64,000 bases of DNA from Longimicrobiales bacterium (GTDB lineage Bacteria; Gemmatimonadota; Gemmatimonadetes; Longimicrobiales; Gaopeijiaceae): the NCBI GenBank assembly GCA_965226375.1, contig CBDDCX010000008.1:1856001-1920000 (forward strand). The letters are read 5' to 3'. Shown in pieces: positions 19,596-29,803 of this stretch (positions within the stretch are counted from its first letter, which is position 1; the number at the start of each line of letters is the position of its first letter). The position numbers and the translations under genes were made by a program. The notes under the pieces are model-generated. The model was not told the origin of the DNA. It saw nothing but the letters and a program-made list of their open reading frames with translations, and searched no databases.

Positions 19596-22289
19596 TCAAT
19601 TCGGCACCCGCCGCTTCAGCTCCTCCACGAAGTTCTCCACCACGATCAGCTCGTTGACGATCTCCTCATCGCCTCCGAACGCACGCACCATCAGAAACTG
19701 TTGGTCGTCCGGAGAGATATCGTACTGACGGGTGATGTTGGTGAATGTGTACTCTCCCCTATACTGGAACAGACGCTCTCTACTCTCTACGCGGAAGGTG
19801 GGATCGGTAGAGATCTGGGCGGCCACCAACTGGCCGTCGCCGTCCACGTAGAACAGTTCCCGACCGCTGTGCGCCCAGCCGGGCGACATTCCCCCGTTGG
19901 TCGACACCTGCCACTTGCCGCTCTGTACGTCTGGAAACGGCCTGACGAAGACCTCGTCTTCGCCGGTCTCGTTGGATCGATACGCCAGCCAGCGGCCGTC
20001 GGGTGACAGATCGGGCGAGCTCTCGTCGTATTCGGCCACCAGGAGGGATGCGAGGGCATCGTCTCGACCGGGCCTCAAACCTACGATGTCACGCCCCCCG
20101 GCCACACCTCCGACGCCCGCAACACGGAGCACGATCCACTCTCCATCGCGACTCAGGCAGGCCTCGGCCATCGAAAGCTCGTCGTCGAGAACAGGCTCCG
20201 CCTCACCGGTACCGTCGGCACGTTTGGTCCAAAGGTCGAAGTTGTCCTCCTCCAACCGGTCCGACAGGAACAGGACCGATTCTCCGTCTGGTGTCCAACG
20301 CGGCATCTTGTCTTCCGCGTCGTCGAACGTCAGCCGAGAGAGCGGACCCTGGGGCAGCTCCTTCACCCAGATGTCATAGTTGTCGTCCGCACGGGCTCTG
20401 AGGGCCAAGCGTTGGCCGTCGGGGGACAGGAACCACCCGCGGTTGGCGTCCCCACGGTCGAAGGACCATCCCGGATCCACCGGGGTCGCCTCGCCGGACC
20501 GGGTCACCCACACGAACTCGCTGAGGCCTGCCGACACCGTGCCGGTCTGGTAGATCAGATCGCCGGAGCCGGACAAGGCGATCGTCGTGCCACCAAAACC
20601 ACCGACTGCCAACCCTTCGGTGAGAGACACCGAAGGGCCCATGACCTCCAGACGATCGGCGTCGAAAGGCGCGGCCAACATGGTACCGTCTGCGGTCACG
20701 TACACGATGTGTCCGGATGCCGAGTAGCGTGCGAAGACACCCCGCACGAGAACCTCGTACTCTCCCGTCGAAAGGTCGGCCACCGCGATATCGTATTCGG
20801 TCTGGTCGGCCCCACGAAAGATCGTAAACAGCACGCCTTTCCCGTTGGGCAGAACGTCCGGCCAACTGTGGCTGGCCTCCGATTCGCCGAGTGTGGTGAA
20901 CGGTGTGACGTCTCCTCCGGTCGGCGGGACACGCCCGAGCCCAGCCGGCGTGTCGACGTAGAGGTACCCGTCCGGCCCCCAAGCGAGTCCGGCGATTTGC
21001 GGCACGGCGTCCGTGACCGTGACCGGAGGGCCACCGCCGAGCGATACGACCTTGAGTGAGGTCGGTCCGAACGTGAAGAACGCGACACTCTCACCGTCCG
21101 GCGAGAACACGGGCTGCGAGGGGGAGCGCGTACCGGGTAGTGTTATTGCACCGAGCTGGTCCCGCTGTCGCAGCCAGAGCTGCGGTCGGCGCCCGTCCTG
21201 CGAGACACCTACGTAGACGAAGCGGGATCCGTCGGGAGAGATCGCGACCCCGGACCCGAAGCCGTCGTCGAAGGCCTCCGACTCCGGTAGCGCTATGCTG
21301 TACCGGCTGACCGGCTCGGGTGCGTCGGGCCTGAGGAAGGCGTAGGCCGACGTCCCCGCGAACACGACCGAGGCTGCAGCAAACCCCATGGCGATCCGCT
21401 TCCAGCGATCGCCGTCGACGCCCGCCCCCGTGCCGGCCAGTTCCCCGTGCCGGAATCCTGGGTCTTCGAGTGCCTTCGCGAAGTCCTGGGCCCCGGTGAA
21501 CCGATCGGCCGGCAGTTTCTCCAGCGCCTTCCGGATCGCGGCATCTACATTGGCCGGAATCGACGGCCGGTGTTCGGTGGGGGCCACGGGTCGGCCAGAG
21601 ATGATCTTGCCGAGGACCGCCTGCGCCGTGTTGCCCAGGTAAGGCGGCTCGCCGACCAGCATCTCGTAGAGCACGCAGGCAAGGGCGTACGTGTCGCTCG
21701 CGGCCCCTACGGTCTGATCGCCCGTGGCCTGTTCGGGGCTCATGTAGAACGGCGTACCTACGCTGAGGCCGGTCTCGGTCAGGCGTGCGCCCCCCGCCGC
21801 CCCCAATGCCAACGCGATGCCGAAGTCGGCCACGACCGGCTGGCCATCCTGCAGCAGGATATTGGCCGGCTTGATGTCCCGGTGGACAACCCCGGCTCGG
21901 TGAGCGTGGTCCAACGCGCCGGCCACCGCCGTGGCAAGCCGCACGGCCTCGTCGACCGGAAGCTGTTTCTCTTGATCGATCCGATCTGCCAGCGTCTCGC
22001 CCTGCACGTAGGGCATGACATAGAAGAGGAAGCTGTCGGCCTCGCCCGAATCGAAAAGCGGCAGGATATTCGGATGCTGGAGGTTCGCGGTCACCTTGAT
22101 CTCGGCCAGGAGGCGCTCGGCACCGACCACCGCAGCCAGCTCGGGCTTCAGGACCTTGAGCGCGACTTTGCGCTCGTGCTTGAGGTCGTCGGCCAGGTAC
22201 ACGGTGGCCATGCCGCCCTCGCCGAGTTCGCGCTCGATGACGTAGCGACCCTCGAGGGCTGCGTTCAGGCGTTCCATGGCGTCACTCAT
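19596..22289 (-). CDS. Hanks-type Ser/Thr kinase with TM helix and TolB/PD40 beta-propeller
   Basis: GEGGMATVY, VALKVL, HRDIKPAN, DFGIA, GTPFYMSPEQ; multiple SPDG repeats. Confidence 0.92.
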   Translation of the reverse strand: MSDAMERLNAALEGRYVIERELGEGGMATVYLADDLKHERKVALKVLKPELAAVVGAERLLAEIKVTANLQHPNILPLFDSGEADSFLFYVMPYVQGETLADRIDQEKQLPVDEAVRLATAVAGALDHAHRAGVVHRDIKPANILLQDGQPVVADFGIALALGAAGGARLTETGLSVGTPFYMSPEQATGDQTVGAASDTYALACVLYEMLVGEPPYLGNTAQAVLGKIISGRPVAPTEHRPSIPANVDAAIRKALEKLPADRFTGAQDFAKALEDPGFRHGELAGTGAGVDGDRWKRIAMGFAAASVVFAGTSAYAFLRPDAPEPVSRYSIALPESEAFDDGFGSGVAISPDGSRFVYVGVSQDGRRPQLWLRQRDQLGAITLPGTRSPSQPVFSPDGESVAFFTFGPTSLKVVSLGGGPPVTVTDAVPQIAGLAWGPDGYLYVDTPAGLGRVPPTGGDVTPFTTLGESEASHSWPDVLPNGKGVLFTIFRGADQTEYDIAVADLSTGEYEVLVRGVFARYSASGHIVYVTADGTMLAAPFDADRLEVMGPSVSLTEGLAVGGFGGTTIALSGSGDLIYQTGTVSAGLSEFVWVTRSGEATPVDPGWSFDRGDANRGWFLSPDGQRLALRARADDNYDIWVKELPQGPLSRLTFDDAEDKMPRWTPDGESVLFLSDRLEEDNFDLWTKRADGTGEAEPVLDDELSMAEACLSRDGEWIVLRVAGVGGVAGGRDIVGLRPGRDDALASLLVAEYDESSPDLSPDGRWLAYRSNETGEDEVFVRPFPDVQSGKWQVSTNGGMSPGWAHSGRELFYVDGDGQLVAAQISTDPTFRVESRERLFQYRGEYTFTNITRQYDISPDDQQFLMVRAFGGDEEIVNELIVVENFVEELKRRVPN

Positions 22290-22431
22290 GGGAGGCTCCG
22301 GCTCATTGGTGGTGCAGCAAGTGCGACCGCGCAGGGTCGCGCAGGCCACTCAGCGGGGTTGCTGGCTCAGACATGGCGAGCAACATGTGGCGAGGCTGGG
22401 GGAAACCACAAGAAAGTTGTGCCGCAGAACT

Positions 22432-22947
22432 CTACGCGCCGGTCGGAGTCTCAGGTGAGCGATCAAATCCGTCCGTGACGAACGCGACGTACGTGAACAC
22501 CGCAATGCTGACGATCCCCCAGGTCAGGCCGAGCACGACCCCGAGGTCCACTATGCCCCGCCACGGCTGAGCGACCCGTCGCACGCCCAACACCAAGGCC
22601 ACGATGCCGATGGTCAATAGGATCGACTTGATCTGCACGGAACGGGTGGCGTGGAAGTAACCCATACAGAAGAACGGGGCGAACAGCGATCGGAGCAGGT
22701 CTGGATGCGCGGTCAGGTATCTGGCCCGGGCGGCGACGCGGGGCGAGAAGGACCGCTGAAAGCCGCGGTACCCCTCTAGGACGAGCATGGCGGCCACCCA
22801 CAGCACGAGAACTACCCACTGTAGGACGCTCAGCGAAGACTCGAAGGTAGCCAACGCAATCGGGGTCAGCCGGTAGATCGCCTCGCCCAGGAGCAATCCG
22901 ACACCCCCGATCCCCCAAACGGCGCCGAGCTTGCCGACGAGGCTCAC
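22432..22947 (-). CDS. Hypothetical membrane protein
   Basis: About 4 TM helices, EGYRGFQRSFSPR loop; co-oriented downstream of the DsbA-like gene. Confidence 0.7.
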   Translation of the reverse strand: MSLVGKLGAVWGIGGVGLLLGEAIYRLTPIALATFESSLSVLQWVVLVLWVAAMLVLEGYRGFQRSFSPRVAARARYLTAHPDLLRSLFAPFFCMGYFHATRSVQIKSILLTIGIVALVLGVRRVAQPWRGIVDLGVVLGLTWGIVSIAVFTYVAFVTDGFDRSPETPTGA

Positions 22948-23003
22948 GGTCGAGCCGCCGGGCTCATTGTTCGACGACCCGGCTCATCGTTCGGCCACGT
23001 GGG

Positions 23004-23618
23004 TCACCGCCGCACCGCACCTGCACGGTTGGCGAGATCCTCGAGCACCTCGTACGGCTGGGCGCCCACGACGCCGAACCCCTCCGAGACGCACGTCGGC
23101 ACCCCGCTGACCCCCAGGTCGGTCGCGCGCTTCCAGTGGTCGTCGACGGCCTCCTGGTACGTCCGGTCTTCCACGATCGAACGCGCCTGGGCGGCATCGA
23201 GTCCCACCGACGCCGCCACATCCACGAGGACCTCGGTTGCGGCCACGTTGCGATTGTCGACGAAGTAGGCGCGGAAGAGGGCGTCATGCATGGCGTCGGT
23301 CACACCCTCCTCGTCACCCCACACGGCCAACTCCTGAGCCAGACGGCTGTTGTACGTGTGGGTCCGGTCTCCGTACTCGACACCTTCTTCTTCCATCAAC
23401 CTGATGAGTTTCACACTCATGCGGGTCCACGCGTCCTCACGACCCGCAAACAGGTCCGTCACGGGACGCCCCTCGACGGGAGTCTCCGGGTGAAGCGGGA
23501 AATACGTGTACCTGACCTCGAGGTCGTACTCGGCTTCCAGCTTGCGAACGCGCCCGGCGCTCAGGTAGCACCAAGGTCAGACGAAGTCGGTGAAGACCTC
23601 GAAGACTCTCGTGGTCAC
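23004..23618 (-). CDS. DsbA/FrnE-family oxidoreductase, selenoprotein (UPWC motif), 204 aa
   Basis: GTG at 23618 overlaps the upstream TAG. Reads MTTRVFEVFTDFV-TGA-PWCYL...FPLHPETP, in frame with ORF 23004-23462; GVSGVP cis-Pro loop and GAQP. Confidence 0.88.
23546..23579 (-). promoter_or_regulatory. Sec UGA codon and candidate SECIS of the DsbA-like gene
   Basis: UGA at 23579-23577, then 14 nt, then 6-bp stem GAGCGC / loop CGGGC / GCGUUC. Confidence 0.6.
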
Positions 23619-25084
23619 TACCGCCCCACCCTGCCCTTCAACTGCTCCAGAATCGCCAGCGAGTCGTAGCCCACCCCTTTGCGGAACACGATCCGAGTGT
23701 TCTTGATCACGGTCGGGTCATCGGCCAGTGCTCCCTCCAGGACGATCAGATCCGCCTGCATGCCGGCCTGGATCCTACCGACGCGGTCGCCGATTCCGAG
23801 TGCTTGGGCACCGTTGTACGTCATGACCTGAACCGCCTGTCCTGCCGTGAACCCTCCCCGCCCCGCCAGCAACTCGTAGTTCCGCTGATCACCGAACCCG
23901 GCGATCACCCAGACGCAGCAGGGGTCGGACCCCGCCGTCAGCAACCCTCCCTGATCGTAGAACGACTTCTCGAACTCCCAGAGCCGGTGCATCATTTGAG
24001 CGCCGGTCTCGGTGGCCTCGGGCTTACGCGCCTCGTACTGCTCCTCGACCCACTCGGCGATCTCGGGGTGAAGCACGTCCAGCACCCGCCGGTCCAGCTC
24101 GTAGAAGGACGGCTTTCCGATCTCGTTTACAGCCAGCGTGGACGTGAGCCCTACTCCAGCTTCGATCATGTGAGAGATGGTGGCCTGGACCCGCGGCTCT
24201 CCGATGTCCATTGCCGCGTAGGTATCCATCATCTCCTGATACGAGTCGGCGCTGTTCAGCGGACACTCGTCTTCCTGCTTGCCCGGGAAGTACTGGAGAT
24301 CGGTGTCGAAGCCGTGCTCCAGGTGATCGATGCCCAGGTTGACGGCCTCGGGGAAGGTCACCGAACAGAGGTGGGCGGTGACCTTGACCCCGTACTTGTG
24401 GGCCTCGTCGATGGCGGCACCGAGCTGCGCGCGCGTGATCGTCGTGTACGCCTTGAACCAGCTCACGCCTTCCTGTGCCCAATAGCGCACCAGACGGCGG
24501 GCATCCTCCGCGTCCTCGAGCTCGTGCATGACGCCCAGGGGAGAGGTCGGCCCCTGTAGGTACGGACCCGTCACGAAGATCTCCGGGCCGATCCGGCTTC
24601 CCTCGGCGATGGCGGCCTTCATGTTCAGCTCCTGATACGGATCCACGCTCCCCGTGGTGCGGATTGTGGTGACGCCGTTGGCCAGGAAAAGCATGGGATA
24701 CGTGGCCAGCTGAGGCCTCATGCCACCCATGTTGGACGAGAGGTACATATGGTCGTGCAGGCCGATGATGCCCGGCATGACGGTATGTCCGGAGAGGTCG
24801 AACGTTTCGGCGCCTGAGGGCACCTGAACCGATCCGAACGCTCCCACGGCCTCGATGTCGCCGTCCCGGATGAGGACCGTCTGGTCCTCCACCGCTTCAG
24901 CACCCGTTCCGTCGATGACGGTCACATGGTTGAGGGCCACGACGTGTGCGTCGGTCCGTATCAGCGACGGGGTCTGCGCTGCGACATCGGCCACAAATAC
25001 CAGGCCCGTCAGCACCCACGCCACCACGAACGCCCGCACCCCTACCGCCCCAAACACCAACCCTCGCTGCAATCGTCTCATCAT
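23618..25084 (-). CDS. Exported metal-dependent amidohydrolase
   Basis: Signal peptide; PGIIGLHDH, GVTTIR, FKAY, AHL, LEHG, GSD, GRIQAGMQADL. Confidence 0.88.
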   Translation of the reverse strand: MMRRLQRGLVFGAVGVRAFVVAWVLTGLVFVADVAAQTPSLIRTDAHVVALNHVTVIDGTGAEAVEDQTVLIRDGDIEAVGAFGSVQVPSGAETFDLSGHTVMPGIIGLHDHMYLSSNMGGMRPQLATYPMLFLANGVTTIRTTGSVDPYQELNMKAAIAEGSRIGPEIFVTGPYLQGPTSPLGVMHELEDAEDARRLVRYWAQEGVSWFKAYTTITRAQLGAAIDEAHKYGVKVTAHLCSVTFPEAVNLGIDHLEHGFDTDLQYFPGKQEDECPLNSADSYQEMMDTYAAMDIGEPRVQATISHMIEAGVGLTSTLAVNEIGKPSFYELDRRVLDVLHPEIAEWVEEQYEARKPEATETGAQMMHRLWEFEKSFYDQGGLLTAGSDPCCVWVIAGFGDQRNYELLAGRGGFTAGQAVQVMTYNGAQALGIGDRVGRIQAGMQADLIVLEGALADDPTVIKNTRIVFRKGVGYDSLAILEQLKGRVGR

Positions 25085-25122
25085 TCTCTCATTCCTCCAC
25101 GCTGTTCAATCCCACACTCAGC

Positions 25123-27324
25123 CTAGGGGGCCGGATCTACCGCAAACGTGATGGACATTCCCGAGCCCATGTGCTCGGGGATCTGACAGTTGAGCATCCA
25201 GTTGCCCGGGTTCGACATGTCGACCAGAAGATCCACGGTCGAGCCCACCGGGATGATCGCCGTATCTTTCCAGACCAGATTCGTCGGCCGGACGCCATCC
25301 CGCTCCACCACCAGAAAGCGCTGGCCGTGAAGGTGCATCGGGTGGTTCATGGGGTGCATGCCGCGTCCCGGGTTCACGATGCGGATCTTGGCCACGTCCC
25401 CCTCGGTAAAGCGCCAACCGACGGCCGGACCTATTTCCTCAGCATCGGCGAACTCTTCCGCCTCGTCTTCAGCCACCCCCAACTCGGCATCGGCACCCCC
25501 TGCGGACCCCGAGGGCTCGTGGACAACCCATCGGACCGCAAGCCCCGTGGTCAGCCAGTTCATCACGGGCATGGCGTCATTCCACTCCATGGGCGGCGAG
25601 TAAGTGGAGCTACGGATCGCCATGTCGAGGACGGGCGGCAGATCCTGGACGACTAAGCGCAACTCGACCTCGTGGTCCACCGGCTTGTCGAAATACGGTC
25701 GAAACCGGTCGATATCGGCGATGACTGATGCGTTTTCCCTCGGTTGAGAGAACGATCGTGAGTAGTCGCGGGCGGTCTCGCCGGTCCCCACACGTACGAC
25801 GCCCAGGGTGTCCACCTTTGCGTAGAAGACACCCGCGAAGTGGTTGAGGGCGCTCACCCGGTTCGTGATGGCGACGTCGCCCGGCTCGTCGAAGCGGGCC
25901 TCTACCACATAACGTTGGCCCGGAGCGATCACCACGCTCTCCACCCACTCCTCGCGTTCGAACCTGCCCAGATCCCCTGCAACGACCTTCATGGGCGCAC
26001 CGTCCAAGGCCACATTGAAGATGCGCGTGTTGGAAGCGTTGATCAGGAAGAGGCGCACCACGTCCCCGTCGTCGACGGAGAACTCGTGGTCCGCCCTCCC
26101 GTTCACGACGATCTCCGTGCCGAACCGGCCCATGAGAGCGTGCGTCGGGGTCTCGAGGCCCCAGGGAATGAGCCCTTGGCCGTCGATCAAGAGATCGTCG
26201 AGGATCAGGACCTCTTCACGGTTCACGTCGGCGTAGTAGTCTTCCTCCTCCGGTTCCACGAGGATCGCCCCATAAAGGCCGAGATCCTGGGCCGCGTCGG
26301 CTCGCTGATGTGGGTGGTACCAGTAGACACCGGGATCGGGAAAACGGACACGAGCGGTGTAAGTGTCGCCCGGTCGGACGGGTCGCTGAGTGAGTCCGGG
26401 AACGCCATCGAAGCGGTTCTCTAATCGGACCCCATGCCAGCGCAGAGTCGTGGACAGGGCCGTGGAGTTGGTGAAGGCCACCACGATCTCGGAACCCTGC
26501 CGGACCCTCAGCACCGGCCCGGGGCTCTGCCCGTTGAATCCGTACAGACCGAGGTCATGGCCCCGCAGGCGGGCCCGGACCGGCGCGGCCTCCAGATGGA
26601 GCGTGTCGCCATCCGCCAGGGTCACCGTGCCTGGTCGCTCTACCGGGGGTACGGGACCCTGCTCGGTCTCGACTCCCGGAAGGAAGGGCTCTGCCGCGGG
26701 GATCAATCCCATGAGGCCCGGCATCATGGGTGATGCCGGCGCCATGGGCGGGGCCCTCCACCCGGACGCCGAGTTGTCGATATTCGAGGGCGGAAACATG
26801 AGAGCGTCCTGGTGCTGCTGGGCCTGGGCACTCGGAGAGGTCCCCCGGAGGACCAGGCGGCCCGTCCGCTCCGGCACGCTCGCGTTCGGCTCCGCACTGA
26901 TCAGAATACGAAACTGGTCGTAGTCCAGCGTACCCAGTGACACCACGCCGTTCGTGACTAACCCCAACTTGACGGGCTCGCCGAGTAGCAGCGTCGTGGC
27001 CCAGGCCACATAAACCGTGTAGTCACCCAGCGTCTCCGGCGCCGGAAGGCCCTCTACCCTCGCCGTCAGCTCGTAGAGGTAGTGCCCGTCCCGGGTGACC
27101 GAGACGTCGAACGGGGTCGGCACTCCACGAAGCTCGAGGATGCCCGAAGCGCCACGGAGCGCCGGCACCGGGATCAGATCGGCGCAATACGCGCTCCAGG
27201 CCGGAACGGTCGCCGTGGTCGCGTCCGTTGGGCAAAGCTCCGCAACCGGGGGCGTCTGCGCGACACCCCCGGTCTGCGGAAGGCTCAACATGCCAAGCAG
27301 GAGAGCACCTGCCAACGTCGTCAC
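25123..27324 (-). CDS. Multicopper-oxidase-fold protein with intact T1 ligands and a degenerate T2/T3 site
   Basis: Three cupredoxin domains. Motifs read RWHG, WYHPH, HPMHLHG and NCQIPEHMGSGM. Extra N-terminal domain of about 190 aa after the signal peptide. Confidence 0.88.
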   Translation of the reverse strand: MTTLAGALLLGMLSLPQTGGVAQTPPVAELCPTDATTATVPAWSAYCADLIPVPALRGASGILELRGVPTPFDVSVTRDGHYLYELTARVEGLPAPETLGDYTVYVAWATTLLLGEPVKLGLVTNGVVSLGTLDYDQFRILISAEPNASVPERTGRLVLRGTSPSAQAQQHQDALMFPPSNIDNSASGWRAPPMAPASPMMPGLMGLIPAAEPFLPGVETEQGPVPPVERPGTVTLADGDTLHLEAAPVRARLRGHDLGLYGFNGQSPGPVLRVRQGSEIVVAFTNSTALSTTLRWHGVRLENRFDGVPGLTQRPVRPGDTYTARVRFPDPGVYWYHPHQRADAAQDLGLYGAILVEPEEEDYYADVNREEVLILDDLLIDGQGLIPWGLETPTHALMGRFGTEIVVNGRADHEFSVDDGDVVRLFLINASNTRIFNVALDGAPMKVVAGDLGRFEREEWVESVVIAPGQRYVVEARFDEPGDVAITNRVSALNHFAGVFYAKVDTLGVVRVGTGETARDYSRSFSQPRENASVIADIDRFRPYFDKPVDHEVELRLVVQDLPPVLDMAIRSSTYSPPMEWNDAMPVMNWLTTGLAVRWVVHEPSGSAGGADAELGVAEDEAEEFADAEEIGPAVGWRFTEGDVAKIRIVNPGRGMHPMNHPMHLHGQRFLVVERDGVRPTNLVWKDTAIIPVGSTVDLLVDMSNPGNWMLNCQIPEHMGSGMSITFAVDPAP

Positions 27325-27403
27325 CTTGTTACCCCCTTCTCTATTCCCCGCACCAATCCTTCACGGCGTTCCGGGGGCTGGTCATATGCTCTCTTTCTAC
27401 CAC

Positions 27404-28723
27404 CTAGTAGCGCGTCACCGCCTGGTAGGCCGGACCGTTCACCCAGTCCTGCACGCTCGAGATGTTGGGTTGACCCCAGTCCAGGCCGTTCCAACCGTTG
27501 AAGCCATCCATCTTGAAAGCCCAGAAGCCCGTCTGTGAGTCGGACGACACGATCAGGCCATCGGCGTTCCTCACGTCGACTCCCCAGTTCCCGCCCATGC
27601 CTCGGTTCTCTTCCGGCTCCAGGTAGGTGTCGTAGTGAGCGACCGTCTTCGGGTGCTTGGGATCGGACAACGTGAAGACCTGCATACCGTCCAGATACCC
27701 GGACACGAAGACGAAGGGCCAGCGCACCTCGTGGTTGTGCGACAGGTGCTCCCAGTTGGCGGTCCACGCCGAGATGGGCCGGCGAATATTCTGGACCTCA
27801 CCGTCCAGGGCAGGCTTGAGGTCGAAGATGCGCAGTGGCGCGTACTGGTACTCCACCTCACCCACGACATAACGACCGTCGGGCGAGGGAGTGAACGTAT
27901 GGCCCCAATCGACTCCACTGACCCCCGTGAGGGTCACCATGAGCTCCGGGTTCTCGAGGTCGGTGATGTTGTAGACGTAGAACCCACCGGTACCGCCCCC
28001 ATAGAAGCGGTCCTGCTCGCTATCCGCGTGGTAGCCGGCGTAGAAATCGTGGTAGCCGCGAGGTCCGGGGCGATCAGAATCGTTCGCCGGAACAGGGATC
28101 TGGGCGACGAGCGCCTCGTCGAGCCGGCCTTCGACTACATATCCCAGGTCGTAGACGTTGGCGAACGGTCCCGACACGGTGGAAATGAGAAGGGGACGTC
28201 CATTGCTGTGCCGGTAGACATAGATGTTGTGGAAACCACCGAGTTCACCGGGGCCCTGGATGCGACCCACTTCCTTCCAGGTCGAGACGTCGGGCAGCCC
28301 GGTCGCGTCGAAGACTACGGCGCCCAGGTCGGCATCCGGGCCGCCCTGGCGAAACTGAACCGAGTGGACGACGTAGTTCCGCCCGTTGTACTCGAAGATC
28401 TTGATGTCTTTTCCGGCGGACCCGACGTGAATGTCCATATCTTCGAAGCGCCAGCGGTGGAGGACCTTGGCATCGTAAGGATCGCTCAGGTCGATGATGT
28501 CCAAGCCCCCGTCCTGCTTCGCCACATAGGCGTAGGGACGGTCCATGTCCTGCTCGATTTCGATGTCGGACACGCTGGGCCCCAGGGGGACGTGCGCCAC
28601 GACTTCGATGTTGTCGCTCCCCCGCTTCTCGGCGTCTTCTTGGGCCGAGGCCGGGTTCGCAGCGAAGAGGGCCGCCACGCCCAAGAGGGCACAGGCAGAC
28701 GTCAGGGATCTCCACTTGATCAT
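27404..28723 (-). CDS. Exported LVIVD-repeat beta-propeller protein
   Basis: Signal ASA-Q; YAYVA, LDIIDLSDP, GFHN, YHD, WGHT, SHNHEV, VAHYDT. Confidence 0.82.
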   Translation of the reverse strand: MIKWRSLTSACALLGVAALFAANPASAQEDAEKRGSDNIEVVAHVPLGPSVSDIEIEQDMDRPYAYVAKQDGGLDIIDLSDPYDAKVLHRWRFEDMDIHVGSAGKDIKIFEYNGRNYVVHSVQFRQGGPDADLGAVVFDATGLPDVSTWKEVGRIQGPGELGGFHNIYVYRHSNGRPLLISTVSGPFANVYDLGYVVEGRLDEALVAQIPVPANDSDRPGPRGYHDFYAGYHADSEQDRFYGGGTGGFYVYNITDLENPELMVTLTGVSGVDWGHTFTPSPDGRYVVGEVEYQYAPLRIFDLKPALDGEVQNIRRPISAWTANWEHLSHNHEVRWPFVFVSGYLDGMQVFTLSDPKHPKTVAHYDTYLEPEENRGMGGNWGVDVRNADGLIVSSDSQTGFWAFKMDGFNGWNGLDWGQPNISSVQDWVNGPAYQAVTRY

Positions 28724-28991
28724 GATTCACCTCGTTTAGTTCTACCCACGGCCGGCAGCACGACGGCTGGACCACGGCAGGAGCGCACGGCGGAAAGGCT
28801 GCATTATATCGGCATTTTCGCCGCGGGGCATCTCTGTAAGGCAGGATCCACGCGGCATGTGTTCGCAACCCCCATGCCGATCACTCGGTGCCCGGCTCCT
28901 GGAGTCGTCACCACCGGCTAGTCTCGGGGTGATCAAACCGCCATTATGAGAGACGCAGACCCCCCTCAGTTGGGACAGGAAGGAAGCCATC

Positions 28992-29786
28992 ATGAAGAGA
29001 AGAGATTTCATCGCCGCCTCCGCGATGGGCGCCATCGGCCTCAGGACGGGAGACGTACCTTTGGACGGCCTGAAGGCCCCAGCCTTCGCTCAGAACCGAA
29101 ACCGAAAGATTCTCATAGCCGGCGGGGGGTTTGGGACGACTTACATCAAGTACCTGGCGGAGCTCACCGGCAAAGAGAGACCGAGGATCTGCTATCTACC
29201 CACGGCTTCGGCCGATCGTGAGTCCGGCAACCTTCGCTGGTATCAGAATTGTGCGCCCCTGAACGTCGAGCCCCATGTACAGGCGAGCTTCATCAACAGC
29301 CATCGCATGAAGCAAACGTTCGAAGACGTGCTGCTGTCCATGGACGGAATCGTGGTCTCCGGTGGCAACACGCTGAATCAGCAGGTGATCTGGAAGGCGC
29401 ACGGCATCGACGAGGTGCTCAAGCAAGCCTGGGACCGCGGGATCGTGCTCGGCGGGGCGAGTGCCGGCTCACTGTGTTGGTTCGACGAGGGCACCACGGA
29501 CTCCAGACCCATCGAACTGACCAAGGTGGAGTGCCTTGGCTTTCTCAAGGGAAGCCACTCCCCCCACTACGATGCAGACGAAGAGCGTCGGCCGACGTAC
29601 CAGAGGATGATCCTGTCTGGTGAGCTACAACCCGGATACGCCTGTGACAACGACGCCGGCATCTACTTCGTGGACAACGAGGTCGAGCGGGTGGTGCATA
29701 CCCGGGGCGACGCCAAGGTCTACTACGTGAGCGTGGTCGGGGGCAGAGTCACGGAGAAGGAGCTACCGGCCGAGATGATCGACTAA
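28992..29786 (+). CDS. Peptidase E (S51) with Tat signal
   Basis: KRRDFI, YLPTASAD, VSGGNT, GASAGS, SPHYD. Confidence 0.88.
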   Translation: MKRRDFIAASAMGAIGLRTGDVPLDGLKAPAFAQNRNRKILIAGGGFGTTYIKYLAELTGKERPRICYLPTASADRESGNLRWYQNCAPLNVEPHVQASFINSHRMKQTFEDVLLSMDGIVVSGGNTLNQQVIWKAHGIDEVLKQAWDRGIVLGGASAGSLCWFDEGTTDSRPIELTKVECLGFLKGSHSPHYDADEERRPTYQRMILSGELQPGYACDNDAGIYFVDNEVERVVHTRGDAKVYYVSVVGGRVTEKELPAEMID

Positions 29787-29803
29787 GGCCTCGGACGAGG
29801 GTC

